Both the position numbers and the translations under genes were made by a program. The notes beneath the pieces were generated by a model that saw only the letters and a program-made list of their open reading frames with translations, searched no databases and was not told the DNA's origin. Below are positions 1 to 10,091 of a stretch of 64,000 bases of DNA, piece by piece. This DNA is from Phycisphaeraceae bacterium. Lineage in GTDB: Bacteria > Planctomycetota > Phycisphaerae > Phycisphaerales > Phycisphaeraceae. The stretch lies in the NCBI GenBank assembly GCA_963674705.1, contig OY771506.1, positions 3,520,001-3,584,000 on the forward strand. The letters run 5' to 3'. The stretch's first letter is position 1; each line of letters begins with the position of its first letter.

Positions 1-105
1 CCAATAATTGAGAAACACTCGGAGCGATCCTCCGGTCATAACACCGGAGACGACAGGTCAAGTGTAACGGCCAGCGGCCAAGTATCCAAGCTGTTAAGCG
101 GCAGA

Positions 106-678
106 TCAGGCCTGAGAATTGTCGGCGTTGTAGAGGCTCATGGTTTTGCCGATGCCGTCTTTGAGCCAGGATTCGATGGCGTCACAGGCTTTATCGAGAG
201 CGGGGTCGAGCTCGGCGAGTTGCTCTTCGGTGAATCGACCGAGCACGAAGTCCTTGCGTGAGGCGCGGGTGGGGGATTCGACGCCGATGCGCAGGCGTGG
301 GTAATCTTGCGAACCGAGTTTAGCTTCGATGTCTTTGAGGCCGTTGTGTCCGCCAGGGCTGCCGGAGGCACGCATGCGGATCGAGCCAAGGGGCAGGGCC
401 GCTTCGTCGACGACGACCATGATGTCTTTGAGTTCGAGTTTGTAGAAGTTGACTGCTTCGGCGACGGTGGTGCCGGAGCGGTTCATGTAGGTCATCGGCT
501 GAGCGAGCAGGCAACGGTGTCCCGCGACCAGGCCGTCGAGCACGCCGGCGCTGAAGCGTGTTTTGACGCCCGTGATGCCGTGTCGATTAGCCAGGCGTTC
601 CAACACCATGAACCCGGCGTTGTGGCGGGTCTTGGCGTATTCGGGCCCGGGATTGCCTAAGCCGACGATCAGGTGCAT
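106..678 (-). CDS. pth: peptidyl-tRNA hydrolase
   Basis: LIVGLGNPG...TRHNAGF, TYMNRSG and GGHNGL motifs; follows rplY as usual. Confidence 0.97.
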   Translation of the reverse strand: MHLIVGLGNPGPEYAKTRHNAGFMVLERLANRHGITGVKTRFSAGVLDGLVAGHRCLLAQPMTYMNRSGTTVAEAVNFYKLELKDIMVVVDEAALPLGSIRMRASGSPGGHNGLKDIEAKLGSQDYPRLRIGVESPTRASRKDFVLGRFTEEQLAELDPALDKACDAIESWLKDGIGKTMSLYNADNSQA

Positions 679-723
679 GGTAATAACTGTCTGTTCGTAT
701 CTGAGGGCTTGCTAAAGCAGACA

Positions 724-760
724 ATGGCAGATGGATTACCGGGTGGTATCCATCTGCCAT
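724..760. repeat. intergenic inverted repeat (hairpin) between rplY and pth
   Basis: atggcagatgga ... tccatctgccat perfect 12-bp arms. Confidence 0.6.
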
Positions 761-789
761 CATCCAATAACTATTCATTATCCACTGAC

Positions 790-1434
790 TTACTCGTCGC
801 CATTTTCGCCTTCGGGCTTGCCGATGACTTGCGGTTCGTCTGCACCGGCTTCGGCTTCGGCTTCCTCTTCTTCGGTGGCCTTGGTCACAGACAGGTGGGC
901 GATCAGGGTATCGGGATCACTCACGGCGGTGACACCGGCGGGCAGCGTCAGGTCGGAGACCAGCAGCGAATCGCCGACGGTCATCTCGGACACATCGAGC
1001 GAGAGTTTCTCGGGGATCGCATCGGCGCGGCACTTGATCGCGATCGTGCTGGCGCTCTGGTCGAGCAGGGCGCCTGCTTCCTTGAGGCCGGCCGCCTCGC
1101 CGATCAGTTCGACCTCGACTTCGACTTCCACTTCTTCGCTCAGGTCGACGCGCGTCAGGTCCAGATGAATGATTTGGCGGCCGAGGTGGTCCCACTGCAC
1201 ATCTTTGACCAGGCAGGGTTCAGCTTTGCCTGCGATGTCGATCTCGATCAGGTGCGCGTTGTGATGCAGGATTTCGATCAGTTCCTTGGCGTCGACGGCG
1301 ACATGGACGGGGTCCTTCTTATGGCCGTAGATCACGCCGGGGATTTTGCCTTCGGCCCGAGCGCGAGCGGCGTAACGTTTGCCGGTCTTGTTGCGGACCT
1401 CTGCTTTGATGTTGGGTTGTGTTGCGGTGCTCAT
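790..1434 (-). CDS. rplY: 50S ribosomal protein L25 (long Ctc/TL5 form)
   Basis: RAEGKIPGVIYG, KDVQWD...IHLDL motifs, acidic C-terminal tail; prs-rplY-pth synteny. Confidence 0.96.
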   Translation of the reverse strand: MSTATQPNIKAEVRNKTGKRYAARARAEGKIPGVIYGHKKDPVHVAVDAKELIEILHHNAHLIEIDIAGKAEPCLVKDVQWDHLGRQIIHLDLTRVDLSEEVEVEVEVELIGEAAGLKEAGALLDQSASTIAIKCRADAIPEKLSLDVSEMTVGDSLLVSDLTLPAGVTAVSDPDTLIAHLSVTKATEEEEAEAEAGADEPQVIGKPEGENGDE

Positions 1435-1482
1435 AGGTTTTACTCTCCGTATTTAAAGCGTTCCGTTGTGTTTAAAAAAGGT

Positions 1483-2466
1483 TTATCTTTTTGTTCCGCC
1501 GCCTACCCGGAACAGGCACGAGACGGACTGATTGTGGTGGATGCGGCTGATGGCCTGTCCGAGCAGTTCGGCCACGGACAATTCGACGAGTTTGTCCTGG
1601 ATCGGGCTGCAGCGCGAGCCGCAGGGGATGGTGTCGGTGACGATGACCTGGCTGATCGGCGCTTCTTCCAGCCGTTCCATCGCCAGGCCGACCAGTACGG
1701 GGTGCGTACATGCTGCGATGACGTCGCGTGCGCCCTTGCTGGTGACGAGTTTTGCGGCTTCGCAGATCGTGCCGGCGGTGGAGATCATGTCGTCGACCAT
1801 CAGGACGGTCTTGCCGTTGACATCACCGATGATGTTGGCCGAGACGACTTCCGTACCGCTGACACGGCGCTTGTCGATGATGGCGATCTCGTCGCCCAGC
1901 GCGGTGGCGAACTGGCTGGCTGTCTTGACGTTGCCGACATCCGGGCTGACCAGGCACATGGGCCCGACCTTCTCGCGGAGCTTGCGTACGTAGTCGAGGA
2001 TGACCGGCGCGGCCGAAAGATGGTCCACGGGGATGTCGAAGAATCCCTGGATCTGTGCGGCGTGCAGGTCGAGCGTCAGCACACGGTCGGCGCCGGCGGC
2101 GGTAATGAGATTGGCCACCAGCTTTGCGGTGATCGGTGTGCGGCCGGCGTCCTTGCGATCCTGCCGGGCGTAGCCGAAGTAGGGGATGACCGCGGTGATC
2201 TGCCGGGCGCTGGCGCGTTTAAGGCAGTCGATGTAGATCAACAACTCCATCAGGTGGGCGTTGACCGGGTGGCAGGTGGACTGGACGATGAAGCAGTCCC
2301 TGCCGCGCACATCTTCCTCGATCTTGACCAGCACCTCGCCGTCCGGGAACAGTTCGGTGTGTCCCTGGCCCATCGGCAGATCGAGCGATCGACAAATGGA
2401 TTCGCAGAGCGTGCGGCTGGCTCGGCCGCAGAATATCTTCAGTTGGTCTTTGTCAACGTTGCTCAT
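1483..2466 (-). CDS. prs: ribose-phosphate pyrophosphokinase
   Basis: FPDGE, PYFGYARQDRK, DLHAAQIQGFF, VDDMISTAGT motifs. Confidence 0.98.
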   Translation of the reverse strand: MSNVDKDQLKIFCGRASRTLCESICRSLDLPMGQGHTELFPDGEVLVKIEEDVRGRDCFIVQSTCHPVNAHLMELLIYIDCLKRASARQITAVIPYFGYARQDRKDAGRTPITAKLVANLITAAGADRVLTLDLHAAQIQGFFDIPVDHLSAAPVILDYVRKLREKVGPMCLVSPDVGNVKTASQFATALGDEIAIIDKRRVSGTEVVSANIIGDVNGKTVLMVDDMISTAGTICEAAKLVTSKGARDVIAACTHPVLVGLAMERLEEAPISQVIVTDTIPCGSRCSPIQDKLVELSVAELLGQAISRIHHNQSVSCLFRVGGGTKR

Positions 2467-3287
2467 GCTGAGGGGGCTCCCAACGTTTCGCGTGACAGTC
2501 TGCGTCGGAGGATCTCGTCGACCTCCTTGAGTTGCTGCGGTGTGTTGATACTGAGCACATCTTCCGGCGGAACGGCCTCGACAACCTCTACACCCCGCCC
2601 CTGGTGTTTAAGGATCGTCGGCACGTCCGTGACGTAATACTCGCCTTGCTGGTTGTGCGGCTGCACCTGGTGTAAAGCTCCGAACAGCGCCGTGCTCTCG
2701 AAGCAGTAATAGCTGGGATTGACTTCTCTGATCTGAAGCTGCTCTTCGTTGGCGTCCTTCTGTTCGACGATCGCTTCCAATGCACCGTCGCTGGAGCGGA
2801 TGATCCGGCCGTAGCCTGTAGGGTCTTCGATCACGCTGGTGGCGAGGGTGGCAGCGGCCTTGCGCCGACGATGCACTTCCAGGAGCCTGCCGAGTGTGCG
2901 GGCACGGATCAATGGTCCGTCGCCTGCAAGGACGAACAGGTCCGTTGCGGGCTGGTCCTGGAACAGGTGTTCGGTGACCTGCACGGCGTGTGCGGTGCCT
3001 TTCGGTTCGGTCTGCTCGGCGAATTCGATGCCGTCAAAGCCGTCCATCGCTCGCTTGACGTCGTCGCCTTTGTAGCCCACGACGACGATGCAGCGGGAGA
3101 CGCCGGCTTCCTGGCAGGCCCGGATGACCCACCAGAGCATGGGCTGGTCGGCAACGGGGACCAGCACCTTGGGCAGGTCGGCCTCACCCATACGTGTTCC
3201 TTTACCGGCGGCCATGATGACGGCTTGGGGGGCCGGGCGTCCGCTGAGGTCGAAGTTGTTCGGGTTTTGAGTCACGTACTTCTCCAC
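2463..3287 (-). CDS. glmU: GlmU-like nucleotidyltransferase (uridyltransferase domain only, no left-handed beta-helix acetyltransferase domain)
   Basis: MAAGKGTRM...PKVL, GYGRIIR, IVEQKDA, QGEYYVTD motifs; only 274 aa; glmU-prs synteny. Confidence 0.8.
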   Translation of the reverse strand: MEKYVTQNPNNFDLSGRPAPQAVIMAAGKGTRMGEADLPKVLVPVADQPMLWWVIRACQEAGVSRCIVVVGYKGDDVKRAMDGFDGIEFAEQTEPKGTAHAVQVTEHLFQDQPATDLFVLAGDGPLIRARTLGRLLEVHRRRKAAATLATSVIEDPTGYGRIIRSSDGALEAIVEQKDANEEQLQIREVNPSYYCFESTALFGALHQVQPHNQQGEYYVTDVPTILKHQGRGVEVVEAVPPEDVLSINTPQQLKEVDEILRRRLSRETLGAPSA

Positions 3288-3319
3288 CGGTCAGAACCGG
3301 GTTGGGGGCTGGCTGTGGA

Positions 3320-3392
3320 ACAGGCCCGCAAGGATTCGAACCTTGAATACCAGTACCAAAAACTGGGGTGTTACCATTACACTACGGGCCTA
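3320..3392 (-). tRNA. tRNA-Gln(TTG)
   Basis: reverse complement TAGGCCC...GGGCCTG acceptor stem, anticodon arm CCAGT-TT-TTG-GT-ACTGG, GGTTCGAATCC T-loop. Confidence 0.96.
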
Positions 3393-3402
3393 GCGGTCTG
3401 CG

Positions 3403-3589
3403 AAAAAAGCCGTATTTATTGGCTCTGAGACCCACAGGCGAGCCGTATCTGACGGCTGCTCGGAAGGGGTCCGGCCTTTATACGACGAACTCGAAGGGGC
3501 GTACCGCCGGTCGGTTACGATCAAACCCTTCTATTGTCCGTGCCTGGGCGGTTAGGCCTCGTCACGGTCGGCTCTGCCGTTAAAGTCAG
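3403..3589 (-). ncRNA. candidate 6S-like structured RNA
   Basis: own sigma70-like promoter (3595-3622), rod-like end-to-end pairing with a central bubble, 3' U-tract; no credible ORF. Confidence 0.45.
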
Positions 3590-3594
3590 CTGAA

Positions 3595-3622
3595 AGTGTA
3601 GGCCTAAGACCGAAGCTGTCAA
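3595..3622 (-). promoter_or_regulatory. sigma70-like promoter (TTGACA-16 bp-TACACT)
   Basis: near-consensus hexamers on the minus strand upstream of the candidate ncRNA and tRNA-Gln. Confidence 0.7.
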
Positions 3623-3708
3623 ATGAACGCCCATCATCAAGCATTTTGTAGGCCCGGGCCGGTGAGAATCGGCTACACTGAGCTCTACCCCTTCCGGAGA
3701 TTCGCCTC

Positions 3709-4932
3709 ATGGGTCTATTAACTCATATCTTCAAGCCGTCGCCTGATAAGTTCGTCCGGATGACGATCAGGCAGCTAAGGCGCGTCGGCATTACGGGTGA
3801 GATTCAGTACGACGCCGGTGCGTTTGCGCTGCGGTTTGAGAAGGACGGGGAACCCGCGTGGCTGAACCTGCAGAACATCTATGCCGAGATTTGTGCCGCC
3901 CCGGCTACCAAGCGGGGAGCGATGCTTGAGCTGTTTGTTCGCAGTTTCACAACAGGGCCATCGACCAAGCAGGCGACGCTTGATGAGATCAAGGGCCGAT
4001 TCCTGCCCCGCATCCGGCCGAACGCTTACTACGGACTGATGGATATCCAGACCAAGCTCCAGAAAATGGACCCCCTTAAGTATCTGGCATTGGATTTTGC
4101 TGAAGGGGTCAAAGCCGAACTGGTCATCGATTTTGACGACTCGATTCAAACGCTCGGCCAGGAACGGCTGGATGAGTGGGGGGTCGACTTTGAGACCTGC
4201 ATGACCTGGGCAAGGGAGAACCTCTGGCGGATCAGCAATGATGACTTTATTGAGATGACGCCGGGGCTGTACCGGTCTCCGTGGCAGGATAACCACGATA
4301 CCGCGCGCGTATTTCTGGAAGACCTGATCTGGCAACTCAAGGTGGAAGGCCGACACGTGGTGACGATGCCAAACCGTGACCTGTTGCTGGTCGGCGGGGA
4401 TGGTGATGCTCAAACGCTTTCGTTCATGCTGGACGCGACGCTCAAGGCTTACGAACAAGAACGCCCGATGGTCGCGGTGCCTTACGTGCTTGAAGGGCGT
4501 TCGTGGACCCCGTTGACACTGCCCGAGGATCACCCGGCCGCGATCACGCTCAAGAAACTGCACCTGACGCAACACGGCCGCGATTGCAATCAGCAGAAGG
4601 AAATGCTGGATCGGCTGTTTGAACAGCAGCAATCCGATCTGTTTGTCGGCACCTTGCTGACACAGGAAGACGAAACGACCGGTGCCTGGCGCAGTATGGC
4701 TGTCTGGGGCGAAGGTGTAGATATGCTGATGCCGGTCGTGGACGATCTCGCCTTTGTCCGCGAAGGCGCAAGCGGCGCCGATCTGCTCGGACTCGCCCCG
4801 TGGGATCGTGTTCTCGAAGTAGCTGGGGATTTGTTTGAAAAAACAGAATACGAACCGACACGCTACCGCCTTCGACACTGGCCAAGCGAATCGCAGCTAG
4901 CGGAGATCGGGCCGAAGAAGCCGGAGAAGTAG
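3709..4932 (+). CDS. hypothetical protein, DUF1444/YtpQ-like
   Basis: 407-aa ORF with GGAG RBS; LVIDFDDSI, LDEWGV, MPNRDLLLV motifs resemble DUF1444-like proteins. Confidence 0.6.
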   Translation: MGLLTHIFKPSPDKFVRMTIRQLRRVGITGEIQYDAGAFALRFEKDGEPAWLNLQNIYAEICAAPATKRGAMLELFVRSFTTGPSTKQATLDEIKGRFLPRIRPNAYYGLMDIQTKLQKMDPLKYLALDFAEGVKAELVIDFDDSIQTLGQERLDEWGVDFETCMTWARENLWRISNDDFIEMTPGLYRSPWQDNHDTARVFLEDLIWQLKVEGRHVVTMPNRDLLLVGGDGDAQTLSFMLDATLKAYEQERPMVAVPYVLEGRSWTPLTLPEDHPAAITLKKLHLTQHGRDCNQQKEMLDRLFEQQQSDLFVGTLLTQEDETTGAWRSMAVWGEGVDMLMPVVDDLAFVREGASGADLLGLAPWDRVLEVAGDLFEKTEYEPTRYRLRHWPSESQLAEIGPKKPEK

Positions 4933-4937
4933 CAAAA

Positions 4938-5006
4938 GTAGGTCCGGGCCTGCCCGTACAATCAAGGGACCTTACGTTAACCATGTTCGGGCGGGCCCGG
5001 ACCTAC
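4938..5006. repeat. REP/REPIN-like inverted repeat between convergent genes
   Basis: 23-bp arms gtaggtccgggcctgcccgtaca / tgttcgggcgggcccggacctac (2 mismatches), GTAG ends. Confidence 0.7.
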
Positions 5007-5017
5007 GGGGCGAAGTT

Positions 5018-6010
5018 TTACCGGCTCATGTGCAGGATCTTCCCCGGGCTTTCGGGTTGGCCGGTGCGGATACTTAATAGGCAGGCGAGGCAGCAGGCCA
5101 TGGCGTTGGTGCGGGTCTGGGGGGTGGCGACGGGGCGAGCGAGGGCGGGGCTGTCGAGCAGGCGTCGCCACTGGTGGGCGAGCATGTCGGTGAAGCCGGC
5201 GGGGATATTGTCGGTCGTTGATTGATCGAGTGCTTCGCCGTCGGGATTGTGCAGTGAATAAGTTGTGTCGGTGACGCGCAGGGAAGCGCTGTCGCCTTGC
5301 ACGCGCAGGATGCGGCGGGTGATGGCGGCGTTGTCGCTGACCTGGAGCAAGGCGGCTTGCGAGTCGGGCATGCGAGCGTGGATGGCCATGCCACCGGTAA
5401 GTTTGTTGAGTGTTTCAGGTGCCTTTTCGAGCGGGCCGATAAGCGAGGCGTCGATCACCTCGGGCATGAGCGTGTAACCGAGGACGGTAAGCCATGCGTC
5501 GTAGAGGCGGGCATATAGGGAGCCGTGTTCGGGCCTGCCTTCACTGATGAAGTTGACGAGGCGTTTGTCGCCAAGCAGTTCGCTGGGATCGGCAGTCGCG
5601 AGGTAGCCGGGCGACTGGCTGAAGACAGGGACTTGGACGATGGGGCCGTTGGCTTCGCTACTGCCGAGCGAATCCGCGGCGTAGAGGCCCTGCAGATCGG
5701 TCGCGATGGGTTCGAGCGTGAGGACGACGGTGTTCTGGTCTGCCAGTACGTGCAGGTCTTCGGGGGTAACGCCCTGATGACTGGTTAAAAGCAGGTACGC
5801 AGCGGGGCGGTCGATGCACATCTTGCGCAGGTCGTCGAAGCTGTCACAGTTCAGGTTCCTGGCAAGATCGCTGACCTCGGCGACTGGTGGGCCGCCGACG
5901 CCGATGGGTTTGACGGCCGAGCCCATGAGGTTCATCACGTCTGCGACCAGCGGCGCGTGAAGTGCGTCGGTCCAGGTGTTGACTTCCGGTGCCAGGCGTT
6001 TGCTTGCCAT
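5018..6010 (-). CDS. hypothetical protein, possibly degenerate Gfo/Idh/MocA oxidoreductase fold
   Basis: long ORF, ATG at 6010; N-terminal part (SFDDLRKM..., VLTLEPIA) loosely resembles the Rossmann domain of Gfo/Idh/MocA. Confidence 0.55.
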   Translation of the reverse strand: MASKRLAPEVNTWTDALHAPLVADVMNLMGSAVKPIGVGGPPVAEVSDLARNLNCDSFDDLRKMCIDRPAAYLLLTSHQGVTPEDLHVLADQNTVVLTLEPIATDLQGLYAADSLGSSEANGPIVQVPVFSQSPGYLATADPSELLGDKRLVNFISEGRPEHGSLYARLYDAWLTVLGYTLMPEVIDASLIGPLEKAPETLNKLTGGMAIHARMPDSQAALLQVSDNAAITRRILRVQGDSASLRVTDTTYSLHNPDGEALDQSTTDNIPAGFTDMLAHQWRRLLDSPALARPVATPQTRTNAMACCLACLLSIRTGQPESPGKILHMSR

Positions 6011-6069
6011 GCGTAGAAGATACCAAGATAGTGCGATCGTGTTTGAGAGATTGAGCGTATAATTCACAC

Positions 6070-6579
<510 letters not shown>

Positions 6580-6616
6580 AACAAAGCCCGCGGTTTAAAA
6601 GCCGTGGGCTTTGTTT
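6580..6616. terminator. bidirectional intrinsic terminator
   Basis: aacaaagcccgcgg-tttaaaag-ccgtgggctttgtt hairpin between rnpB and the convergent gene. Confidence 0.7.
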
Positions 6617-6639
6617 CATTTCAGATTGTGATTGATGCG

Positions 6640-8817
6640 TTACTTGGTCAGCAACTGCACCGCGTTGGAGGTCGGCAACGACAGGGCGCCGTGGGCACGG
6701 GCCGCTGCGATCGCCAGTTCGCCATCGCTGTTCTCTACCAGATCGAGGATGCGGTCGGTCGTGCCGACTTCGAGCATGTTGCCAAAGTAAGTGGCGGATT
6801 CGGCAAGGTGATCGAGCATGGCAAGCTGAAGCTGGCCATCAGTGCTGAGAGCCGAGTCGGCCAAGGCGGCCTGGGCATCGGCATCGTCGATCAGAGCCAG
6901 CACGCCGGCGGCGGCGACCTTCACTTCGTCTCGCTCGTCCTTCAGGGCCTGGATCAGGGCAGGCTCGGCTTCCATAACGTTGAAGACATCGCTGTCGACT
7001 GCGACCTCTCGCAGGAGCCTCAGAGCGGTCAGGGCGAACTGCGTGCTTTCTTCGGCACTGATGGCGCTACCCATGTAGGCGTTGGTCGCGGCTTGAACGG
7101 CGGTCGCCAGATCGTCCGTGTTGTCGCTCATCAATGCGGAACTGACGCGGGTGTCATTGGGGCCCAAGGCGTTACCGAGCCGGACCTGTTCTTCCTGGGT
7201 CTGCAGCGCGAGGATCGGCACGGAGCCGGTCTTGTAATCGTTGACGGTCTCGTTGCGGATCTGGATGACCATATCCGGCTTAACGGCGGTAACGATCAGG
7301 TCGACACCGGGCACTAGATTCAGGTCAGTGGAAACGTCTGCCATGCTCAGGCCGCCGAAGGCTTCAAAGCCCAGGTCGCCAAGAATGGCCAGCAGGTTGT
7401 TGACTGTGTCCTGGTCGTCAGCGAGGACGAGGGCGTAACGGGCGTCGCTTTGACGCACGGCTTCGGAAAGCACGGCGGTGACGCGGTGGGCACCCGGGAA
7501 GGTTTCGGACGGGCGGACCTTCGCCAGGGCTTCGGCCGCACGGAAACGCACGCGGCGGTCGGGGTAGGACAGGGCGGCGAGCAACGGCTGTTTGGCTGCG
7601 CCACGGTTGATCAAGGCATCGGTGCCTGCGGTGTTGGCAAGCGCTTCGATCGCGTCGAGCGCCAGTTCGGCGTCGGTATCGGCAATCGCACGGGCCAGTA
7701 CGTCGTGCAGACGCTCGGGGCCTGCGAGCATGGCGTAGAAGCCGGCGGGCTGAAGGTCGCTGGAGTAGCTCGGGTCGACCTTGTCTTCGGGCAGGCGGTT
7801 TTCACGACGGAGGTTGGCCATGAGGTAGAGGCTCAGGGCCGGATCGAGCGAGTTGTTCAGTTCCAAGGCTTTCTTGGATGAACGCATCGCTAGCACGTCG
7901 CCGTAGATCTCGCCGGGGACGATGATCGGGATCAGGCCGATCTTCGGGCCGTAGGTCCAGACCAGCCCGGACTCGATCGAGGCGTCGTAACCGGGGATGT
8001 TTTTGTTGGCGGAGGTCGCGGTGGTGTATTGAGATTCACCGAGTTGAAGCAGCCATTCAGCGGCGCTGAGGTTGGTGGGCTGACGGGTGGAAGCCATCAA
8101 CGCGTCGTAAGCGACCTGAACCACCTGGCGTGCTTCGGGATCAACGGTCGGCGATTCGAGCACCTGCTTCATCGCGGGCAGCGCCTGCGGGTAACCAATC
8201 TCTGAGAGCACCTGAGCGATGTGGCTCATGGTGATGGGGTCCAGATCGGGGAGTGCTGCGGACAGCGGGGCCACCAGAGGCTGGCCGATCGTCACCATGG
8301 ACGACAGGATGTAGGGATGCAGACGCGACTGGTCTTTATCCAGCAGCACAGCGAGCATCTGCGGCGCCGCGTACTGGCCTGCGGAGGCAAGACGCTGCGT
8401 CGCGTTGCGGTAAGCACGCTGACCCTGCGAGAGCAGTTCGATGTCCTGCTGGATGCGATCCGGGTTGCGGCTCAGCTCGATGCGTGCAGCCTGGATGCGA
8501 TCGTCAAGCGTCTTGGCGACGGTGACGAGGTTCGCATACTCGCTGTTGGCTTCACCCATCTTCGATGCGCGAGCGAGGGTGTTGACCCAGTCTTCCCGTT
8601 CGCTGGATTCGACGGTAGCGAGCAGCGTCGCGTTATCCGCCTGATCCAGCAGTGCCTGGCCGGTCGCTAACGCGAGGTCCGGCTTGGCGATCAGGACATA
8701 ATGGTTAAAGTCCTCCCAGAGCGCTTCAGGTGTCTGCGACTGGGCCAATAACGTACTGGGTATACAGGCTAGAACGGACAGCCAAAGACCCAACAACATA
8801 CGTTGCGTTCCCGACAT
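6640..8817 (-). CDS. secreted HEAT-repeat domain protein
   Basis: signal peptide; repeats such as LLAALSYPDRRVRFRAAEAL and LIQALKDERDEVKVAAAGVL. Confidence 0.8.
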   Translation of the reverse strand: MSGTQRMLLGLWLSVLACIPSTLLAQSQTPEALWEDFNHYVLIAKPDLALATGQALLDQADNATLLATVESSEREDWVNTLARASKMGEANSEYANLVTVAKTLDDRIQAARIELSRNPDRIQQDIELLSQGQRAYRNATQRLASAGQYAAPQMLAVLLDKDQSRLHPYILSSMVTIGQPLVAPLSAALPDLDPITMSHIAQVLSEIGYPQALPAMKQVLESPTVDPEARQVVQVAYDALMASTRQPTNLSAAEWLLQLGESQYTTATSANKNIPGYDASIESGLVWTYGPKIGLIPIIVPGEIYGDVLAMRSSKKALELNNSLDPALSLYLMANLRRENRLPEDKVDPSYSSDLQPAGFYAMLAGPERLHDVLARAIADTDAELALDAIEALANTAGTDALINRGAAKQPLLAALSYPDRRVRFRAAEALAKVRPSETFPGAHRVTAVLSEAVRQSDARYALVLADDQDTVNNLLAILGDLGFEAFGGLSMADVSTDLNLVPGVDLIVTAVKPDMVIQIRNETVNDYKTGSVPILALQTQEEQVRLGNALGPNDTRVSSALMSDNTDDLATAVQAATNAYMGSAISAEESTQFALTALRLLREVAVDSDVFNVMEAEPALIQALKDERDEVKVAAAGVLALIDDADAQAALADSALSTDGQLQLAMLDHLAESATYFGNMLEVGTTDRILDLVENSDGELAIAAARAHGALSLPTSNAVQLLTK

Positions 8818-9074
8818 GGATAAACTCCAGTGTGATTGCAAGTCAGGTAATCACATCAATCTATCGCTGATCCGCGGGAGCGTCAAACGCTGGGAAGGCT
8901 GAACGGATGGGGGAGGTGGGCTGGCGGGAATGAGTTGCGGCTGGGGGAGTGCTGAGGGAGGAAGGCTGAGTGCTGAGGTAAGGTTGGTAATGCCAATCGC
9001 CTCCTAGCTATTGGATCGTATCAGCCTTTAAATTATTGGCTTATGAACTGCTTAGGGTGTGTAGTTGTCGCTGA

Positions 9075-9968
9075 CTAGACGTAATGCTTCACCCAGTCAA
9101 ACTCGCCGGGCTCCCATTCCTGGGTGACGCTTTTGGCTTCGTCGAACAGGGCTTCGACCTCGGCCACGGGTAGGGCGGGGGGCTGGGCTTTGATGATGCG
9201 GACGAGTTGTTCGAGTTGGGTCAGTGAATCGCAGCCGATGACGGCCGAGTCGATGTCCTGGTTGATGGAGAAGCGCAGGTAGGGCGTGATGTCGGCGGTG
9301 TGTTTGGCGCGGCCGGCGCCCATGACTTTCATGCCGAGCACGGCCAGGTTCCGCTTGCGCGCTTCGGGGATGATCTGCTTGAGGTAGCTGTAGTGGTAAG
9401 CCTCATTGAAGATGCCCACGGGGATGAGGATCGCCTCGAAGGGGTAGGCGTCCATGGCCTTGATGTGGTTATGCTTGAAGCAGTGGCCTGAGGCGCCGAC
9501 GTGTTTGATGTGGCCGGCGTCGCGGAATTCTTCGATTGCTTTGAGCACGCCGTCGGGCTTCAGGGCGTTAGCGGTGTCCTGATCGTCTTCGATGCCGTGG
9601 ATGTAGAACAGGTCGATGCGGTCGGACTGGAGGGACTTCAGCGACTGCTCAATGTCTTTGCGAGCACCGTCGTAATCACGTTTATATGACTTGGTGCAGA
9701 TGAAGATGTCGTCGCGATGGCCTTTCAGAGCCAGGCCGAGTCGTTTTTCACTTTGGCCGTTGCCGTAGCCGGCAGCGGTGTCGAACGTATTCACGCCGAG
9801 TTCGATCGCACGGTGGACCAGCTCGACTGCCTCGGCTTCGGGAATCTGCGTATCCCACTTGACTCCGCCGAGTGTCAGCAGCGATGCGTTCCAGTCGAGA
9901 CCGCGCAACTCGCGTTTGGGCATGGTTGCGTGCAGTGTGTCTTGTTCGTTGAAGGTTTGAGTGGTCAT
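9075..9968 (-). CDS. aldo/keto reductase
   Basis: FDTAAGYGNGQSE, IDLFYIH, GMKVMG motifs. Confidence 0.92.
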   Translation of the reverse strand: MTTQTFNEQDTLHATMPKRELRGLDWNASLLTLGGVKWDTQIPEAEAVELVHRAIELGVNTFDTAAGYGNGQSEKRLGLALKGHRDDIFICTKSYKRDYDGARKDIEQSLKSLQSDRIDLFYIHGIEDDQDTANALKPDGVLKAIEEFRDAGHIKHVGASGHCFKHNHIKAMDAYPFEAILIPVGIFNEAYHYSYLKQIIPEARKRNLAVLGMKVMGAGRAKHTADITPYLRFSINQDIDSAVIGCDSLTQLEQLVRIIKAQPPALPVAEVEALFDEAKSVTQEWEPGEFDWVKHYV

Positions 9969-10091
9969 GTCAATTATGATACCGGGCATCGATCAGCAAT
10001 CACGCATGAATCGACAAAACCATGTTAAATACATGACGAGCCTATGATGGTAGAGCGTGTAACTTGTTACTTGGGAAAGTGGAGGTCCTCC

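Noticed and set aside
18..62. Minus-strand hairpin ctccggt-gttatg-accggag downstream of pth, possibly a ribosomal protein S6:S18 leader
   Set aside because: The downstream gene is outside the window, so the context cannot be verified
673..2637. 654-aa + strand ORF
   Set aside because: Antisense shadow of rplY and prs in GC-rich DNA; no recognisable motifs
3775..4878. 367-aa - strand ORF; similar long shadows at 17911-19098, 38591-39562 and 6493-7317
   Set aside because: Each lies antisense to a well-supported gene and lacks family motifs
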